From the NCBI GenBank assembly GCA_036264415.1, contig DATAQZ010000058.1, positions 5,793-69,792 on the forward strand: a DNA stretch of 64,000 bases. The letters are read 5' to 3'. Made by a program: the position numbers and the translations under genes. The stretch is from Rhizomicrobium sp. GTDB taxonomy: Bacteria; Pseudomonadota; Alphaproteobacteria; Micropepsales; Micropepsaceae. The notes below the pieces were generated by a model, which was given only the letters and a program-made list of their open reading frames with translations, did no database searches and was not told where the DNA came from. How positions within the stretch are numbered: the stretch's first letter is position 1; every line of letters starts with the position of its first letter. Below, piece by piece: positions 36,146 to 46,279 of the stretch.

Positions 36146-39100
36146 ATGTCGAAGGATGCTTTCGGGGCAAGACGGTCCCTGCTTCTCCTTAACGCAACGT
36201 TGCTTGCCACCGCGATCGGCGCGCCGGCATTCGCCCAGATCGAGGAGGTGGTGGTTACGGCGCAGAAGCGCGCCGAAGACATCCAGACCGTGCCCATTTC
36301 CATCACGGCCTACTCGTCCCAGGATTTGGCCGCGCGTCAGATCTACCAGGTCAAAGACCTGCAATTCAGTACGCCGAGCGTGACATACAGCAAGGGCAAC
36401 TTCACAAGTTCCGATTTTTCGATCCGCGGTATCGGCCAGTCGGTGGTGAGCGGTGACGAGGAAGCAGGCGTCGCGACCGATCTCAACGACGTTTACCTTC
36501 TTGCCCCTCTGCTTTCCGAATCGACGTTCTACGATCTTCAGCGCGTCGAGGTGCTCCGGGGACCGCAGAGCACCCTCTATGGGCGCGGGGCCATCGGCGG
36601 CGTGGTCAATCTGATCACCGAACCCGCCGATCTGACGACCGGCTACGCAGACATCTACGCGAGCTACGGCAATTACGACGCCATTGAGGTCCGTGGCGAC
36701 GTGAACGCTCCCCTAGTCGACAATCAGCTCGCATTCCGCCTTGCCGGCGACTGGGTCAGGCATGACGGCTTCATTCTCAACGAGTTCAACAACTCCCACA
36801 TCGATTCGCAGGACACCTATTCCGTGCGTCCGAGCGTGACGTGGGAGCCCACCACCCGCACGACGGTGGATTTCGTGGCGCAGTTTACCCGCGAATCCGA
36901 CAGCCACATGCGCAGCACCAGGCAGCTTTGCGAGACGGATCCGACCGCGGTGCTCGGCTGCCTGCCGACGGGGGCCACCAACCAGCCGGTCAATGCGCTA
37001 TCGACCGCCGCGTTCATCGAAGGAAGCACGCAGGCTCTGTACAACTTGGGATATTTGCTGGGTGGACCGGCGCTTGCGCCCGCGTTCTCGCAGATGGGTC
37101 TGTTTGACCTCGAGCATCCGCCGGGCCTGCCGCCGGGCTTCAATGAACCGAGCAATCCGTACACAGTCTATTCCGATTTCAATCCGGTCTATCGCGCGCA
37201 GGACAGCTTTCTGAACCTGACGGTGAAACAGAACGTCGTGGACTGGCTCGATGCGACGTTGGTGGTCGGCTATGACCACCCCTCGAACTGGTCGCAGGAG
37301 AGCTACAACAATGTTCCCGGACTTTCGCTGGACAACCCCGCGGGAATCCAGCGGCTGGAAACGGCCGTCGGTACATTCGCGGCGCTGCTTCCGCTCTTCG
37401 GCGAATCCTTTACGCCCTACCAGCAGTATTTCGCCAACATCGCAAACGGCGAGCTGCCCATCTCCCAACTGAAGCAGCTGGGACTGGTAAGCGGCAATTA
37501 TTCTTACACCAAGGACCTGACGGCCTACGACCAGTCGAATTTCAACGAACACCAATGGTCGGGCGAACTGCGGTTAAACACGAAATTCAGCGGTCCCGTG
37601 AATTTCATGCTGGCCGGCTACAGCCTGCACGCCAACTCCTCGACCGATTACTATGTCGCCTCGCCGATGCTGGACTATCCGTCGATCCTGCTCGGCGCAT
37701 TCCTGGGCCCGTTCTTCAATCCCCTGCAGTGCGGCGCGGCCGCCGGCGCTGCCTGCGTGGACGCGCCACCCTACTACCGTAATGAGGGCACGGAATCGTT
37801 GCAGTCCAACGCCATATTCGGCGAAGCCTATTACGATGCCATTCCGGACACGCTGAAATTTACCGCCGGTTTGCGCTACACCGAAGACACAAAATCTGAA
37901 GCCAACCGCATCATCTTCGAGTCGGTGCCGGCGCCGATCGGTGCAACCAGCATCGACAATTCGATCAACGCGGCGAACGAAGTCTCCCAGCTTCTCAGCG
38001 GCACCTGCATTTACGATGCCGATCCGACCAAAGCGGGCTGCCAGAATTTTGAGAACCAGTCCGTTACCTATCGCAAGGTGACGGGGCGGTTTGTCGCCGA
38101 TTGGACACCCAAGCTCGACTTCACGGACGCGACTCTCATCTATGCGTCCTACGCCCGCGGCTATAAGGCCGGCGGCTTCAATCCGGGCATTCAACCGGGG
38201 CTGCTCGTGCCCGTGGCGTACGGCCCGGAGCAGGTCGACGCGTTTGAACTCGGCACGAAGAACATGGTGCTGAACAACACCCTGCAAGCCAATGGCGACG
38301 TGTGGTACTATAATTACAAGGACTATCAGGTCTCTTCGATTCTCGGCAATACCTCCGTCAACGAGAACATCAACGACGCGCATCTGTGGGGCCTCGAAGG
38401 CGAATTCGTCTGGGCACCGACGGATCAGTGGCAGTTCGGCCTCAACCTGTCTCATGAGCAGAGCCAGATCCAGAATCAGCTGCTCCTCGACACGCGCAAT
38501 CCGACCGGCGGCCGCAGCGACACGGTGCTGATCAAGGACGACAATATTTCCGCCGCGGCAGGCCAGAATTGCGTGCTGTACTTCACGCCGAATCCGTACA
38601 ATCCCGGCGCTCTCACGCCGGGTCAGTTGGGAATACCGGGCTGGCTGGTGCCGCCCGGCGGAGCACATGCGCTGGCGCCGGCCGGGATCGCCAACTCCAA
38701 CTTCGGTTTTTGTCCGGTCGATGTGCCTGCGGCGGAGTTGCCGGCTCTCGCCCACTACGGTTGGACATTCAGTGACCCGAAAGGGATTGGCGATTCGAAC
38801 GGCTCGCCCGTCAACATCGGCGGAAATGAGCTCGAGAACACCCCGTCGATGCAGGTCAATGTCAGCGCGCAATACACCCAACCGCTCGACAATGGTTTTT
38901 CACTTGTCGGCCGCGTGGACTTCTACTGGCAATCGCATATGTGGGGACGGGTGTGGGAGGATCCGGCGGACCGCATCGGTTCTTGGGATACGATGAACGC
39001 GCTGCTCACGCTCAATGCGCCGGACGGCCGTTGGTACGTGCAGGGCTTCGTCAAGAACGTCCTCGATCACTCGAACGTCACCGGCGAGTACCTGACCAGC

Positions 39101-39178
39101 TCGTCTTCGGGACTTTATACCAACGCCTTCCAGGAAGACCCACGCACCTACGGGATCGCCTTCGGCGCGCATCTGTAG
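36146..39178 (+). CDS. TonB-dependent receptor (large, 1010 aa)
   Basis: Signal peptide ending AFAQ, plug start EEVVVTAQKRAEDIQTVPISITA, and beta-barrel repeats through to the C-terminus. Confidence 0.85.
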   Translation: MSKDAFGARRSLLLLNATLLATAIGAPAFAQIEEVVVTAQKRAEDIQTVPISITAYSSQDLAARQIYQVKDLQFSTPSVTYSKGNFTSSDFSIRGIGQSVVSGDEEAGVATDLNDVYLLAPLLSESTFYDLQRVEVLRGPQSTLYGRGAIGGVVNLITEPADLTTGYADIYASYGNYDAIEVRGDVNAPLVDNQLAFRLAGDWVRHDGFILNEFNNSHIDSQDTYSVRPSVTWEPTTRTTVDFVAQFTRESDSHMRSTRQLCETDPTAVLGCLPTGATNQPVNALSTAAFIEGSTQALYNLGYLLGGPALAPAFSQMGLFDLEHPPGLPPGFNEPSNPYTVYSDFNPVYRAQDSFLNLTVKQNVVDWLDATLVVGYDHPSNWSQESYNNVPGLSLDNPAGIQRLETAVGTFAALLPLFGESFTPYQQYFANIANGELPISQLKQLGLVSGNYSYTKDLTAYDQSNFNEHQWSGELRLNTKFSGPVNFMLAGYSLHANSSTDYYVASPMLDYPSILLGAFLGPFFNPLQCGAAAGAACVDAPPYYRNEGTESLQSNAIFGEAYYDAIPDTLKFTAGLRYTEDTKSEANRIIFESVPAPIGATSIDNSINAANEVSQLLSGTCIYDADPTKAGCQNFENQSVTYRKVTGRFVADWTPKLDFTDATLIYASYARGYKAGGFNPGIQPGLLVPVAYGPEQVDAFELGTKNMVLNNTLQANGDVWYYNYKDYQVSSILGNTSVNENINDAHLWGLEGEFVWAPTDQWQFGLNLSHEQSQIQNQLLLDTRNPTGGRSDTVLIKDDNISAAAGQNCVLYFTPNPYNPGALTPGQLGIPGWLVPPGGAHALAPAGIANSNFGFCPVDVPAAELPALAHYGWTFSDPKGIGDSNGSPVNIGGNELENTPSMQVNVSAQYTQPLDNGFSLVGRVDFYWQSHMWGRVWEDPADRIGSWDTMNALLTLNAPDGRWYVQGFVKNVLDHSNVTGEYLTSSSSGLYTNAFQEDPRTYGIAFGAHL

Positions 39179-39227
39179 GGGACCTCTCAGCCGGCGGCCC
39201 CGTCTGTACAACTTTTGGGGAATAAAT

Positions 39228-39267
39228 CCCCCTCTCCGTGGGCTCGTCCCGATCGCGGGTGAGGGGG
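39228..39267. repeat. GC-rich hairpin repeat between convergent genes
   Basis: CCCCCTC...GAGGGGG stem enclosing CGGGATCG-type sequence. Related CCCTCTCCC/GGGAGAGGG hairpins occur at 58790-58896. Confidence 0.6.
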
Positions 39268-39271
39268 CGGC

Positions 39272-42200
39272 CTACGCCGTGACCCCGCGGGCGACGCCAC
39301 GGCGGCGGGCGGCGCGCCACTCGCGCACCCGGCGGCCGAGATTGTCGAGCCAGATATAGATCACCGGCGTGATGTACAGGGTAAGCATCTGCGATACCAG
39401 CAACCCGCCGACGACCGCGAGGCCAAGCGGGCGCCGGCTCTCACCGCCCTGCCCGAAACCGATGGCGATCGGAAGCGTGCCGAAGAGCGCCGCCATGGTG
39501 GTCATCATGATCGGCCGGAAGCGGATCAGCGCCGCTTCGTAAATGGCGACCTCCGAGGAAACATTTTCGCCGCGTTCGCGGGTGAGCGCGAAGTCGATCA
39601 TCATGATCGCATTCTTCTTTACGATCCCGATCAGCATGATCATGCCCACGAAGGCGTAGAGGCTGAGCGGAATGTGGAAGAGTAACAGCGTCAACAATGC
39701 GCCAACCGCGGCGGCCGGGAGACCGGAAAGGATCGTCAGCGGGTGAATGAAGCTCTCGTACAGAATTCCGAGCACGATATAGACCACAATCAGCGCGGCG
39801 AGCAGCAGGATTCCCATGTTGCCGGTCGAGCTCTGGAACGCTTGCGCCGTTCCCTGGAACGTGCCCTGCAGCCCCGCCGGCGTTCCCAGCCGCTTCTGTA
39901 CGCGCGCGATGCCGGATACGGCATCGCTAAGCGCCATCCCCGGTGCGAGATTGAAAGACACGGTGACCGCCGGAAGCTGGCTCAGGTGATTGACGCTCAA
40001 AGGCGACGTCCCCGCCGTCTCTTTGGTGACGGAGGTAAGCGGCACAAGCGTGGTGCCGTCGGAGGCAAGCACGTATAGGCGGGAGAGATCGGTCGGGTCG
40101 TATTGATATTGCGGCAGAAGCTCGAGCATCACCCAGTACTGGTCGATGTCGGTGTAAATCGTGGAGATCTGCTCGCCTCCGAAAGCGGCGCCGAGGGCGG
40201 TTTCGATCTGCGCCGGCGAGACGCCGAGCGCCGCGGCGCGATCGCGGTCGATCGCGACGTTCACCGCCGGCGCCGACAGATCGAGGTCTGTCGTAACCGC
40301 CTGGAATCCCGGCTGCTGCGCCAGCGCGTTCGAGAGGTTGAGCGCGTATGTCTGCAGTTCCTGCGGGTTCAGGTCCTCCAGCGTGTATTGATATTGCGAT
40401 TTGGTGAACAAGCCACCGATGCTGATCGACGGCGGATTCTGCATGTACACGTTGAGGCCGGGAATGTGCGTGAGCTTCGGCGTCAACTCCTGGATGATTT
40501 CGTCGGCGGAAAGGCTGCGCTGGCTCCGCGGTTTCAGGACCATGAAAATGGTGCCGGTATTCACTCCGGTGCGCGGGCCGCCCGCACCCACCGACGACAT
40601 CATGTTTTGGATGTTGGGATCTTGGGCGATTATCGCCGCCGCCTGCTTCTGGTACTCGACCATGTGCGGGAACGAAGTGCGATCGGAGGATTCGGTGAAC
40701 GCGATGACCTGCCCCACATCCTCGCTCGGCAGGAAATCCTCCGGGCTGGCCATGAACAAGAGAACCGTTGCCGCGATGCTGCCGAGGAAGATGAGACCGA
40801 TCATGCCTCGATTGCGCAGGCTCCATTTGAGCGAGCGCTCGTAGCCGCGCTGCATCGCATTGAAGGTCCGCTCGCTCCAGCGATAAAACGCGCCTCTGTC
40901 TGCGCCGCTTTCGCGGCGGAGAATGCGGCTGCACAGCATCGGCGTCAGCGTGATCGAAACCAGTCCGGAAAATACGATCGCGAGCACGATGGTCACCGCG
41001 AATTCGTGCAGCAGCCGGCCGACGATGCCGCCCATGAAAACGAGCGGGATGAACACCGCGGCCAGCGACAATGTCATCGAAAGAATCGTGAAGCTGATTT
41101 CGCGCGAGCCGTTCAGCGCCGCCTGGAACGGCCGCTCGCCCATCTCGATATGCCGCACAATGTTTTCCAGCATCACGATCGCATCGTCGACAACGAAACC
41201 GACGGAAAGCGTCAGCGCGAGCAGCGACAGGTTGTCGAGGCTGTAGCCGAGGAGCGACATTCCGGCAAAGGTGCCGATGACGGCGATGGGAAGCGCCAGC
41301 GACGGAATGAGCGTTGCCCAGACGGTGCGCAGGAACAGGAAGATGACGAGCACGACGAGCACGGCCGCGACGACGAGTGTCGTCTGTACGTCCGATACCG
41401 AGGCGCGAATGGTCTGGCTGCGATCGTAGAGGACCTCGAGGTGGACGGAAGCGGGCAGCGTCGACTCGAAATGGGGCAAAATGCGCTTGACCTCGTCGAC
41501 GATGGCGATGGTGTTGCTGCCTGGCTGGCGCTGCACCGCCAGCACGATCGCGCGCTTGCCGTTGAACCAGCTCGCCACGCGGTCGTTCTGCACGCTGTCG
41601 ATCGCACGCCCGATGTCGGAAATCCGGACCGGCGCGCCGTCCTTGTAGGCGATGATCTGCTGGTCGAACTGTGCCGCATTGGTGAGCTGACCGCTCGCGT
41701 GGATGATCGTGGATTGTCCGGGGCCGTTGAGCTGCCCGGTCGAGGCTTCCACGTTCGCCGACTGCGCCGCCGCCGCCACCTGATCGATGCCGATGCCGCG
41801 CGCCGCCAGCGCGTTGGGATCGGCCTGGATGCGCACGGCATATTTCTGGGAGCCGAACACATTGACTTGGGCGACGCCGGAAAGCGTCGAAATCTGCCGC
41901 GACAGGATCGTCTCGGCATAGGTATCGACCTGCGAGAGCGGCAGCGTCGGCGAATACATCGCGATGTAGAGAATCGCCTTGTCGGACGGATTGACCTTGT
42001 GCAGCGTCGGCGGCGCCGGAAGATTCGACGGCAGCTGGCGAGACGCTGCCGAGATCGCCGCCTGCACGTCCTGCGCCGCCGCGTCGATGTTGCGGTCGAG
42101 ATTGAACTGGAGCGTGATCGATACTGAGCCTTGTACGCTCTGCGACGTCATCGAGGCGACGTCGGGAATGGTCAGGAACTGGCTTTCCAGGGGCGAAGCG

Positions 42201-42388
42201 ATAGAGGATGCCACGGTCTGCGGATCGGCGCCCGGCAGCGACGCCGAAACGACGATAGTCGGGAAATCGACGCTCGGCAGCTCGCTCACCGGCAGGCTCG
42301 CGTAGCCAAAGGCGCCAAAGATGACGAGCGCCGCCATGAGCAGCGACGTCATCACCAGCTTGCGAATGAAAATTTCGGAGACGTTCAT
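39272..42388 (-). CDS. RND efflux transporter, inner-membrane permease (AcrB/MdtBC-like)
   Basis: 1038 aa with 12-TMS RND architecture (MNVSEIFIRKLVMTSLLM..., two large periplasmic loops). Confidence 0.9.
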   Translation of the reverse strand: MNVSEIFIRKLVMTSLLMAALVIFGAFGYASLPVSELPSVDFPTIVVSASLPGADPQTVASSIASPLESQFLTIPDVASMTSQSVQGSVSITLQFNLDRNIDAAAQDVQAAISAASRQLPSNLPAPPTLHKVNPSDKAILYIAMYSPTLPLSQVDTYAETILSRQISTLSGVAQVNVFGSQKYAVRIQADPNALAARGIGIDQVAAAAQSANVEASTGQLNGPGQSTIIHASGQLTNAAQFDQQIIAYKDGAPVRISDIGRAIDSVQNDRVASWFNGKRAIVLAVQRQPGSNTIAIVDEVKRILPHFESTLPASVHLEVLYDRSQTIRASVSDVQTTLVVAAVLVVLVIFLFLRTVWATLIPSLALPIAVIGTFAGMSLLGYSLDNLSLLALTLSVGFVVDDAIVMLENIVRHIEMGERPFQAALNGSREISFTILSMTLSLAAVFIPLVFMGGIVGRLLHEFAVTIVLAIVFSGLVSITLTPMLCSRILRRESGADRGAFYRWSERTFNAMQRGYERSLKWSLRNRGMIGLIFLGSIAATVLLFMASPEDFLPSEDVGQVIAFTESSDRTSFPHMVEYQKQAAAIIAQDPNIQNMMSSVGAGGPRTGVNTGTIFMVLKPRSQRSLSADEIIQELTPKLTHIPGLNVYMQNPPSISIGGLFTKSQYQYTLEDLNPQELQTYALNLSNALAQQPGFQAVTTDLDLSAPAVNVAIDRDRAAALGVSPAQIETALGAAFGGEQISTIYTDIDQYWVMLELLPQYQYDPTDLSRLYVLASDGTTLVPLTSVTKETAGTSPLSVNHLSQLPAVTVSFNLAPGMALSDAVSGIARVQKRLGTPAGLQGTFQGTAQAFQSSTGNMGILLLAALIVVYIVLGILYESFIHPLTILSGLPAAAVGALLTLLLFHIPLSLYAFVGMIMLIGIVKKNAIMMIDFALTRERGENVSSEVAIYEAALIRFRPIMMTTMAALFGTLPIAIGFGQGGESRRPLGLAVVGGLLVSQMLTLYITPVIYIWLDNLGRRVREWRAARRRGVARGVTA

Positions 42389-43659
42389 GTGCCGGCGCGC
42401 GCGGGCGCAGATCCCAGGATCTGCACGGGCTTGTCCGGAAGGACACGCAGCTGCCCTTCGACGATCACGCGGTCGCCCGGTTTTACAGCGCCTTCAATCG
42501 CGGCGTGCACGCCGTCGTCATACAGAACGTTGACGGGGCGCATTTGCGCGCGGTCTCCCGCGCCGACAACGAACACGTAGCGTGACTCCGGCCCGATGTT
42601 GACGGCATCGCGCGGAACCACGATCGCGTTCGGAAAGCTCGAGAGCGACACCGCGGCATCGAGGAGCTGCCCGGGAACGAGCCGAAAATCATTATTGTCG
42701 AAGGTCGCGCGCAATTCGACCGTGCCGGTCTTTGGATCCACCTGATTGCCGACGAAATTCACGGGCGCGGTCGGCGGCGCCGAGGGAACCGTATTCGCTT
42801 GAGGTTTTACCGGCGCAAGGCCTGCATTGGTTTGAGGCGTGGCCGCCGTTGTGGCGCCGGCATTTGGGTTGACCATCATTTGCAGCCGGTGCGCCGCCAT
42901 CTGCTGCTGAATCATCGGAAGATCGGATTGCGGCAGAAACATCGAGACCTTGATGGGCTGCAGTTGCGTGATCGTGACGAGCGGGCTCGTCGTATTGTTG
43001 GCGGTGACGAGATTTCCGGGCTGGATCAAGATCGGCCCGGTCTTGCCGGTGATCGGCGCAACGATCCTCGTGTAGCCGAGGTTGAGTTCGGCCGTTTGAA
43101 TGGCAGCTTTGTCGGCCGCCACCGTCGCTTCGTCCGCTTTCGCGGCCGCAATCGCCTGATCGCGCTGCTGCGCCGAGGCTGCTCCCTGGGCGGCAAGGGT
43201 GGTGAAGCGCACCATATCGTGTTCGGCACTGACCGTGTTTGCCTGATCCCGCGCGAGCGTCGCCTTCGCCTGCGCCAGTGCGGCGGCAAGGGGCCTCGGA
43301 TCGATCTGGAACAGAAGCTGGCCGGCGCGGACGATCTGACCCTCCGTGAATCCCGTCGACAGCAGCTGGCCGGTGACGAGCGATGTCACCTGAACGGTGG
43401 ATAGCGGGACAACCGTACCGATCGAGTGCTGGAAGCCGGTGACGCTTTTCTCCTGCGCAACGGCAACGCGCACCGGCGGCGGGGAAAACGTCTTTGGTTG
43501 AGGCGCGGACGCGCCGAAAATGCGCCACGCCACGAACGCCACAATCAGGGCCAGTACGCCAAAGACGGCCACGCGGGCGCGAAGATCGCGTGTTTTCGAG
43601 GCCGTTGGCAGGCGCTCCGGCGCACCGCCCTGCAGAAGGTTGGAAGGCCTGATATTCAT
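42385..43659 (-). CDS. RND efflux periplasmic adaptor (MFP) subunit
   Basis: Membrane anchor, then lipoyl/hairpin/beta-barrel regions (LDYTRIVAPITG-like LGYTRIVAPITGKTG). It overlaps the RND gene by 4 nt. Start taken at MNIRPSN. Confidence 0.85.
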   Translation of the reverse strand: MNIRPSNLLQGGAPERLPTASKTRDLRARVAVFGVLALIVAFVAWRIFGASAPQPKTFSPPPVRVAVAQEKSVTGFQHSIGTVVPLSTVQVTSLVTGQLLSTGFTEGQIVRAGQLLFQIDPRPLAAALAQAKATLARDQANTVSAEHDMVRFTTLAAQGAASAQQRDQAIAAAKADEATVAADKAAIQTAELNLGYTRIVAPITGKTGPILIQPGNLVTANNTTSPLVTITQLQPIKVSMFLPQSDLPMIQQQMAAHRLQMMVNPNAGATTAATPQTNAGLAPVKPQANTVPSAPPTAPVNFVGNQVDPKTGTVELRATFDNNDFRLVPGQLLDAAVSLSSFPNAIVVPRDAVNIGPESRYVFVVGAGDRAQMRPVNVLYDDGVHAAIEGAVKPGDRVIVEGQLRVLPDKPVQILGSAPARAGT

Positions 43660-43758
43660 ACGTTTGATTCCGCTCGCGACACGGAGATTGCGTCGCTGCC
43701 GGGCCGGCCCCCACACACCCGATCGTTGCTCCTCCGGGTACCTAGCGACGGAAACGTC

Positions 43759-43795
43759 AAAAAGCGAGCCTTGGTCCCCGGCTTGCGACTTTTTA
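43759..43795 (+). terminator. orphan terminator-like hairpin in a divergent intergenic region
   Basis: AAAAAGCGAGCC-TTGGTCCCC-GGCTTGCGACTTTTTAT. The 7-bp stem includes one G-U pair on the plus strand and is flanked by A- and T-runs. No upstream gene would need termination here. Confidence 0.35.
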
Positions 43796-43907
43796 TTACA
43801 ATTTCGTTCTCGTACCGGCCAAACCGCCAGCGATCTTGCGGGTCCCGTAAGAATCTACGCTGCCAACGTTTGTTACGTCCTCAACAAAAATTCACGACGT
43901 TTCCCCT

Positions 43908-43940
43908 TTAGCCCTGAGCCTGTCGAAGGGTGAGGGCTAA
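43908..43940. repeat. short conserved-loop hairpin immediately upstream of the GIY-YIG gene
   Basis: TTAGCCCT-GAGCCTGTCGAAGGGTG-AGGGCTAA, ending 9 nt before ATG 43950. Confidence 0.8.
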
Positions 43941-43949
43941 AACTGGAAA

Positions 43950-44264
43950 ATGGGTATTTATGTCTACGTGCTTCGTTGCGCCGACAAGTCTTGCTATGTC
44001 GGACTCACGCGCGCGGGGCTCGACAAACGCATCGGCGAACACAAGTACGGAAAGTATCCGAAGTGTTACGCATTCAAGCGCCGGCCGGTCGAACTTGTCT
44101 GGTCGCAGGACTTTCGTTCGCTGAAGGATGCGATTGCGTGCAGCGCCGAGTCAAAGGCTGGCGTCGCGCAAAAAAAGAAACACTCATCGCCGGCAACTTT
44201 GCGCTTATCTGCCGATTGGCGAGGGCGGCGCCTCACCCTTCGTGGTTCGAAAAGCTCACCATGA
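43950..44264 (+). pseudogene. small GIY-YIG nuclease family gene with an apparent 1-nt frameshift
   Basis: The N-terminus MGIYVYVLRCADKSCYVGLT...GEHKYGK...RRPVELVWSQDF..KDAIA is a GIY-YIG core. The expected continuation RRVKGWRRAKKETLIAGNF is read in the -1 frame from about 44140. That frame has no stop until 45019. Confidence 0.6.
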
Positions 44265-44315
44265 GGAAATCATCCTGTCCTGAGCTTGTCGAAGGGCGGC
44301 AGGCTCAGAGTGAGG
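44231..44315. repeat. two short hairpin repeat units downstream of the GIY-YIG gene
   Basis: CCTCACCCTTCGTGGTTCGAAAAGCTCACCATGAGG and CATCCTGTCCTGAGCTTGTCGAAGGGCGGCAGGCTCAGAGTGAGG. Confidence 0.75.
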
Positions 44316-44411
44316 CGTATTTTTGTCGAGCACTGCTCGGCCGATCCCTGGGATTTGCGCCAAGCTCCCTCGTTTCCTATAAGCGCGCGCATTTCGTGCT
44401 GGCTCAGTATC

Positions 44412-46238
44412 ATGGATATTCGCAATATCGCCATCATCGCCCATGTCGACCATGGGAAAACCACGCTGGTCGATCAGCTGCTGAAGCAGTCGGGCGCGGT
44501 ACGCGACAATCAGCAGGTGGCGGAGCGGGCGCTCGACTCCGGCGATCTCGAGCGCGAACGCGGCATCACCATTCTCGCCAAATGCACGAGCGTCGAGTGG
44601 AAGGGCGTGCGTATCAATATCGTGGACACGCCCGGTCACGCCGATTTCGGCGGCGAGGTGGAGCGCATCCTCTCGATGGTGGACGGCGTGGTGCTGCTGG
44701 TCGATGCCGCCGAATCCGTGATGCCTCAAACCAAGTTTGTCCTGTCGAAAGCGCTGGCGCTTGGCCTGAAGCCGATCGTGGTCATCAACAAGATCGACCG
44801 CGCCGACGCGCAGCCGAAGGAAACGCTGGAAAACGTCTTCGATCTGTTCCTTGCGCTCGAGGCGAACGACGACCAGCTCGATTTCCATGTGCTTTACGCC
44901 TCGGGACGGCAGGGCTGGGCTGTACCGTCGCTGGCCGACGACAGGCGCGATCTTGCGCCGCTGTTCGACCGCATCGTGGCCGACGTGCCGAAGCCCAAGC
45001 CGCTCGCGCTTGCGGGTGACGAACATCCCTTCGCCATGCTCGTCACCACGCTCGAAGGCGATCCCTATCTCGGTCGCGTGCTGACGGGCCGCATCGAGTC
45101 GGGCGCGATTACGGTGAATCGCCATCTGAAGGCGCTGTCGCGCAGCGGCGAAGAAATCGAGCGTGCACGCGCGACGAAACTTTTGGCCTTCCGCGGATTG
45201 GCGCGGCTTCCGGTGGAGCGGGCGGAAGCCGGCGACATTGTTGCCATCGCGGGGCTCGTCAATGCGACGGTCGCCGACACGCTTTGCGATCTCGAAGTGC
45301 AGACGCCGATCGAAGCGCCGCCGATCGATCCGCCGACGCTGGCGATCACGATTTCGGTCAATGATTCGCCCCTCGCCGGACGCGAAGGCACAAAGGTACA
45401 GAGCCGCGTGATCCGCGACCGGCTGCTGCGCGAATCAGAGGGCAACGTGGCGATCAAGGTACGCGAGACCGGCGAAGCGGCTTTCGAAGTGGCCGGCCGC
45501 GGCGAGCTACAGCTTGGCGTGCTTATCGAAACGATGCGGCGCGAAGGTTTCGAGCTTTCGATCAGCCGCCCGCGCGTGCTGTACGATTTCGATCCGGACA
45601 CGGGTGAGCGTCTCGAGCCGATCGAAGAGGTGACGGTGGATGTCGACGATCCGTTCACCGGTGTCGTGATCGAGAAGATCAGCCAGCGAAAGGGCGAACT
45701 GCAGGACATGCGGCCGACCGGCACGGGGAAGACGCGGCTTGTCTTCCTGGCGCCGTCGCGGGGCCTGATCGGCTACCACGGCGAATTCCTGACCGATACG
45801 AGGGGCACGGGCGTGATCAACCGCATGTTCCACGGCTACGCGTCGTTCAAAGGCATGATCGAGGGTCGGCGCAACGGCGTGCTCGTTTCGACCGCGGACG
45901 GAGAGGCGGTGGTCTATGCGCTCTGGTATCTGGAGGAACGGGGTCGCTTGTTCGTCACGCCGGGGACGAAAGTGTACCGCGGCATGATCGTGGGCGAGCA
46001 TTCGCGCGACAACGATCTCGACGTCAATCCCATCCGCGAGAAACAGCTCACCAATATCCGCACGCACGCCAAGGACGAAGCAATGCGGCTGACCCCGATC
46101 CTTCCGCCGACACTGGAGCAGGCGATCGCCTACATCGAGGACGACGAACTGGTCGAGGTGACGCCGCAAGCCATTCGCCTGCGCAAGAAGGAGCTGGTTT
46201 TGCACCTGCGCAAGCGCGCGAAATCCGAGGCGGCGTAG
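44412..46238 (+). CDS. typA: translational GTPase TypA/BipA
   Basis: 608 aa starting [24 protein letters not shown], with the G-domain motifs [12 protein letters not shown] and NKIDR. Confidence 0.93.
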   Translation: MDIRNIAIIAHVDHGKTTLVDQLLKQSGAVRDNQQVAERALDSGDLERERGITILAKCTSVEWKGVRINIVDTPGHADFGGEVERILSMVDGVVLLVDAAESVMPQTKFVLSKALALGLKPIVVINKIDRADAQPKETLENVFDLFLALEANDDQLDFHVLYASGRQGWAVPSLADDRRDLAPLFDRIVADVPKPKPLALAGDEHPFAMLVTTLEGDPYLGRVLTGRIESGAITVNRHLKALSRSGEEIERARATKLLAFRGLARLPVERAEAGDIVAIAGLVNATVADTLCDLEVQTPIEAPPIDPPTLAITISVNDSPLAGREGTKVQSRVIRDRLLRESEGNVAIKVRETGEAAFEVAGRGELQLGVLIETMRREGFELSISRPRVLYDFDPDTGERLEPIEEVTVDVDDPFTGVVIEKISQRKGELQDMRPTGTGKTRLVFLAPSRGLIGYHGEFLTDTRGTGVINRMFHGYASFKGMIEGRRNGVLVSTADGEAVVYALWYLEERGRLFVTPGTKVYRGMIVGEHSRDNDLDVNPIREKQLTNIRTHAKDEAMRLTPILPPTLEQAIAYIEDDELVEVTPQAIRLRKKELVLHLRKRAKSEAA

Positions 46239-46279
46239 AAAAAAGGCTTAACGCCGAGGGCTTCTCGCGGGGTGCAGGT

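Noticed and set aside
43976-45019. A 347-aa ORF running from inside the GIY-YIG gene through the hairpin repeats into typA.
   Set aside because: Only its first 35 or so informative codons (VKGWRRAKKETLIAGNF) are meaningful, as the displaced C-terminus of the GIY-YIG gene. The rest overlaps typA out of frame and is Arg-rich nonsense.
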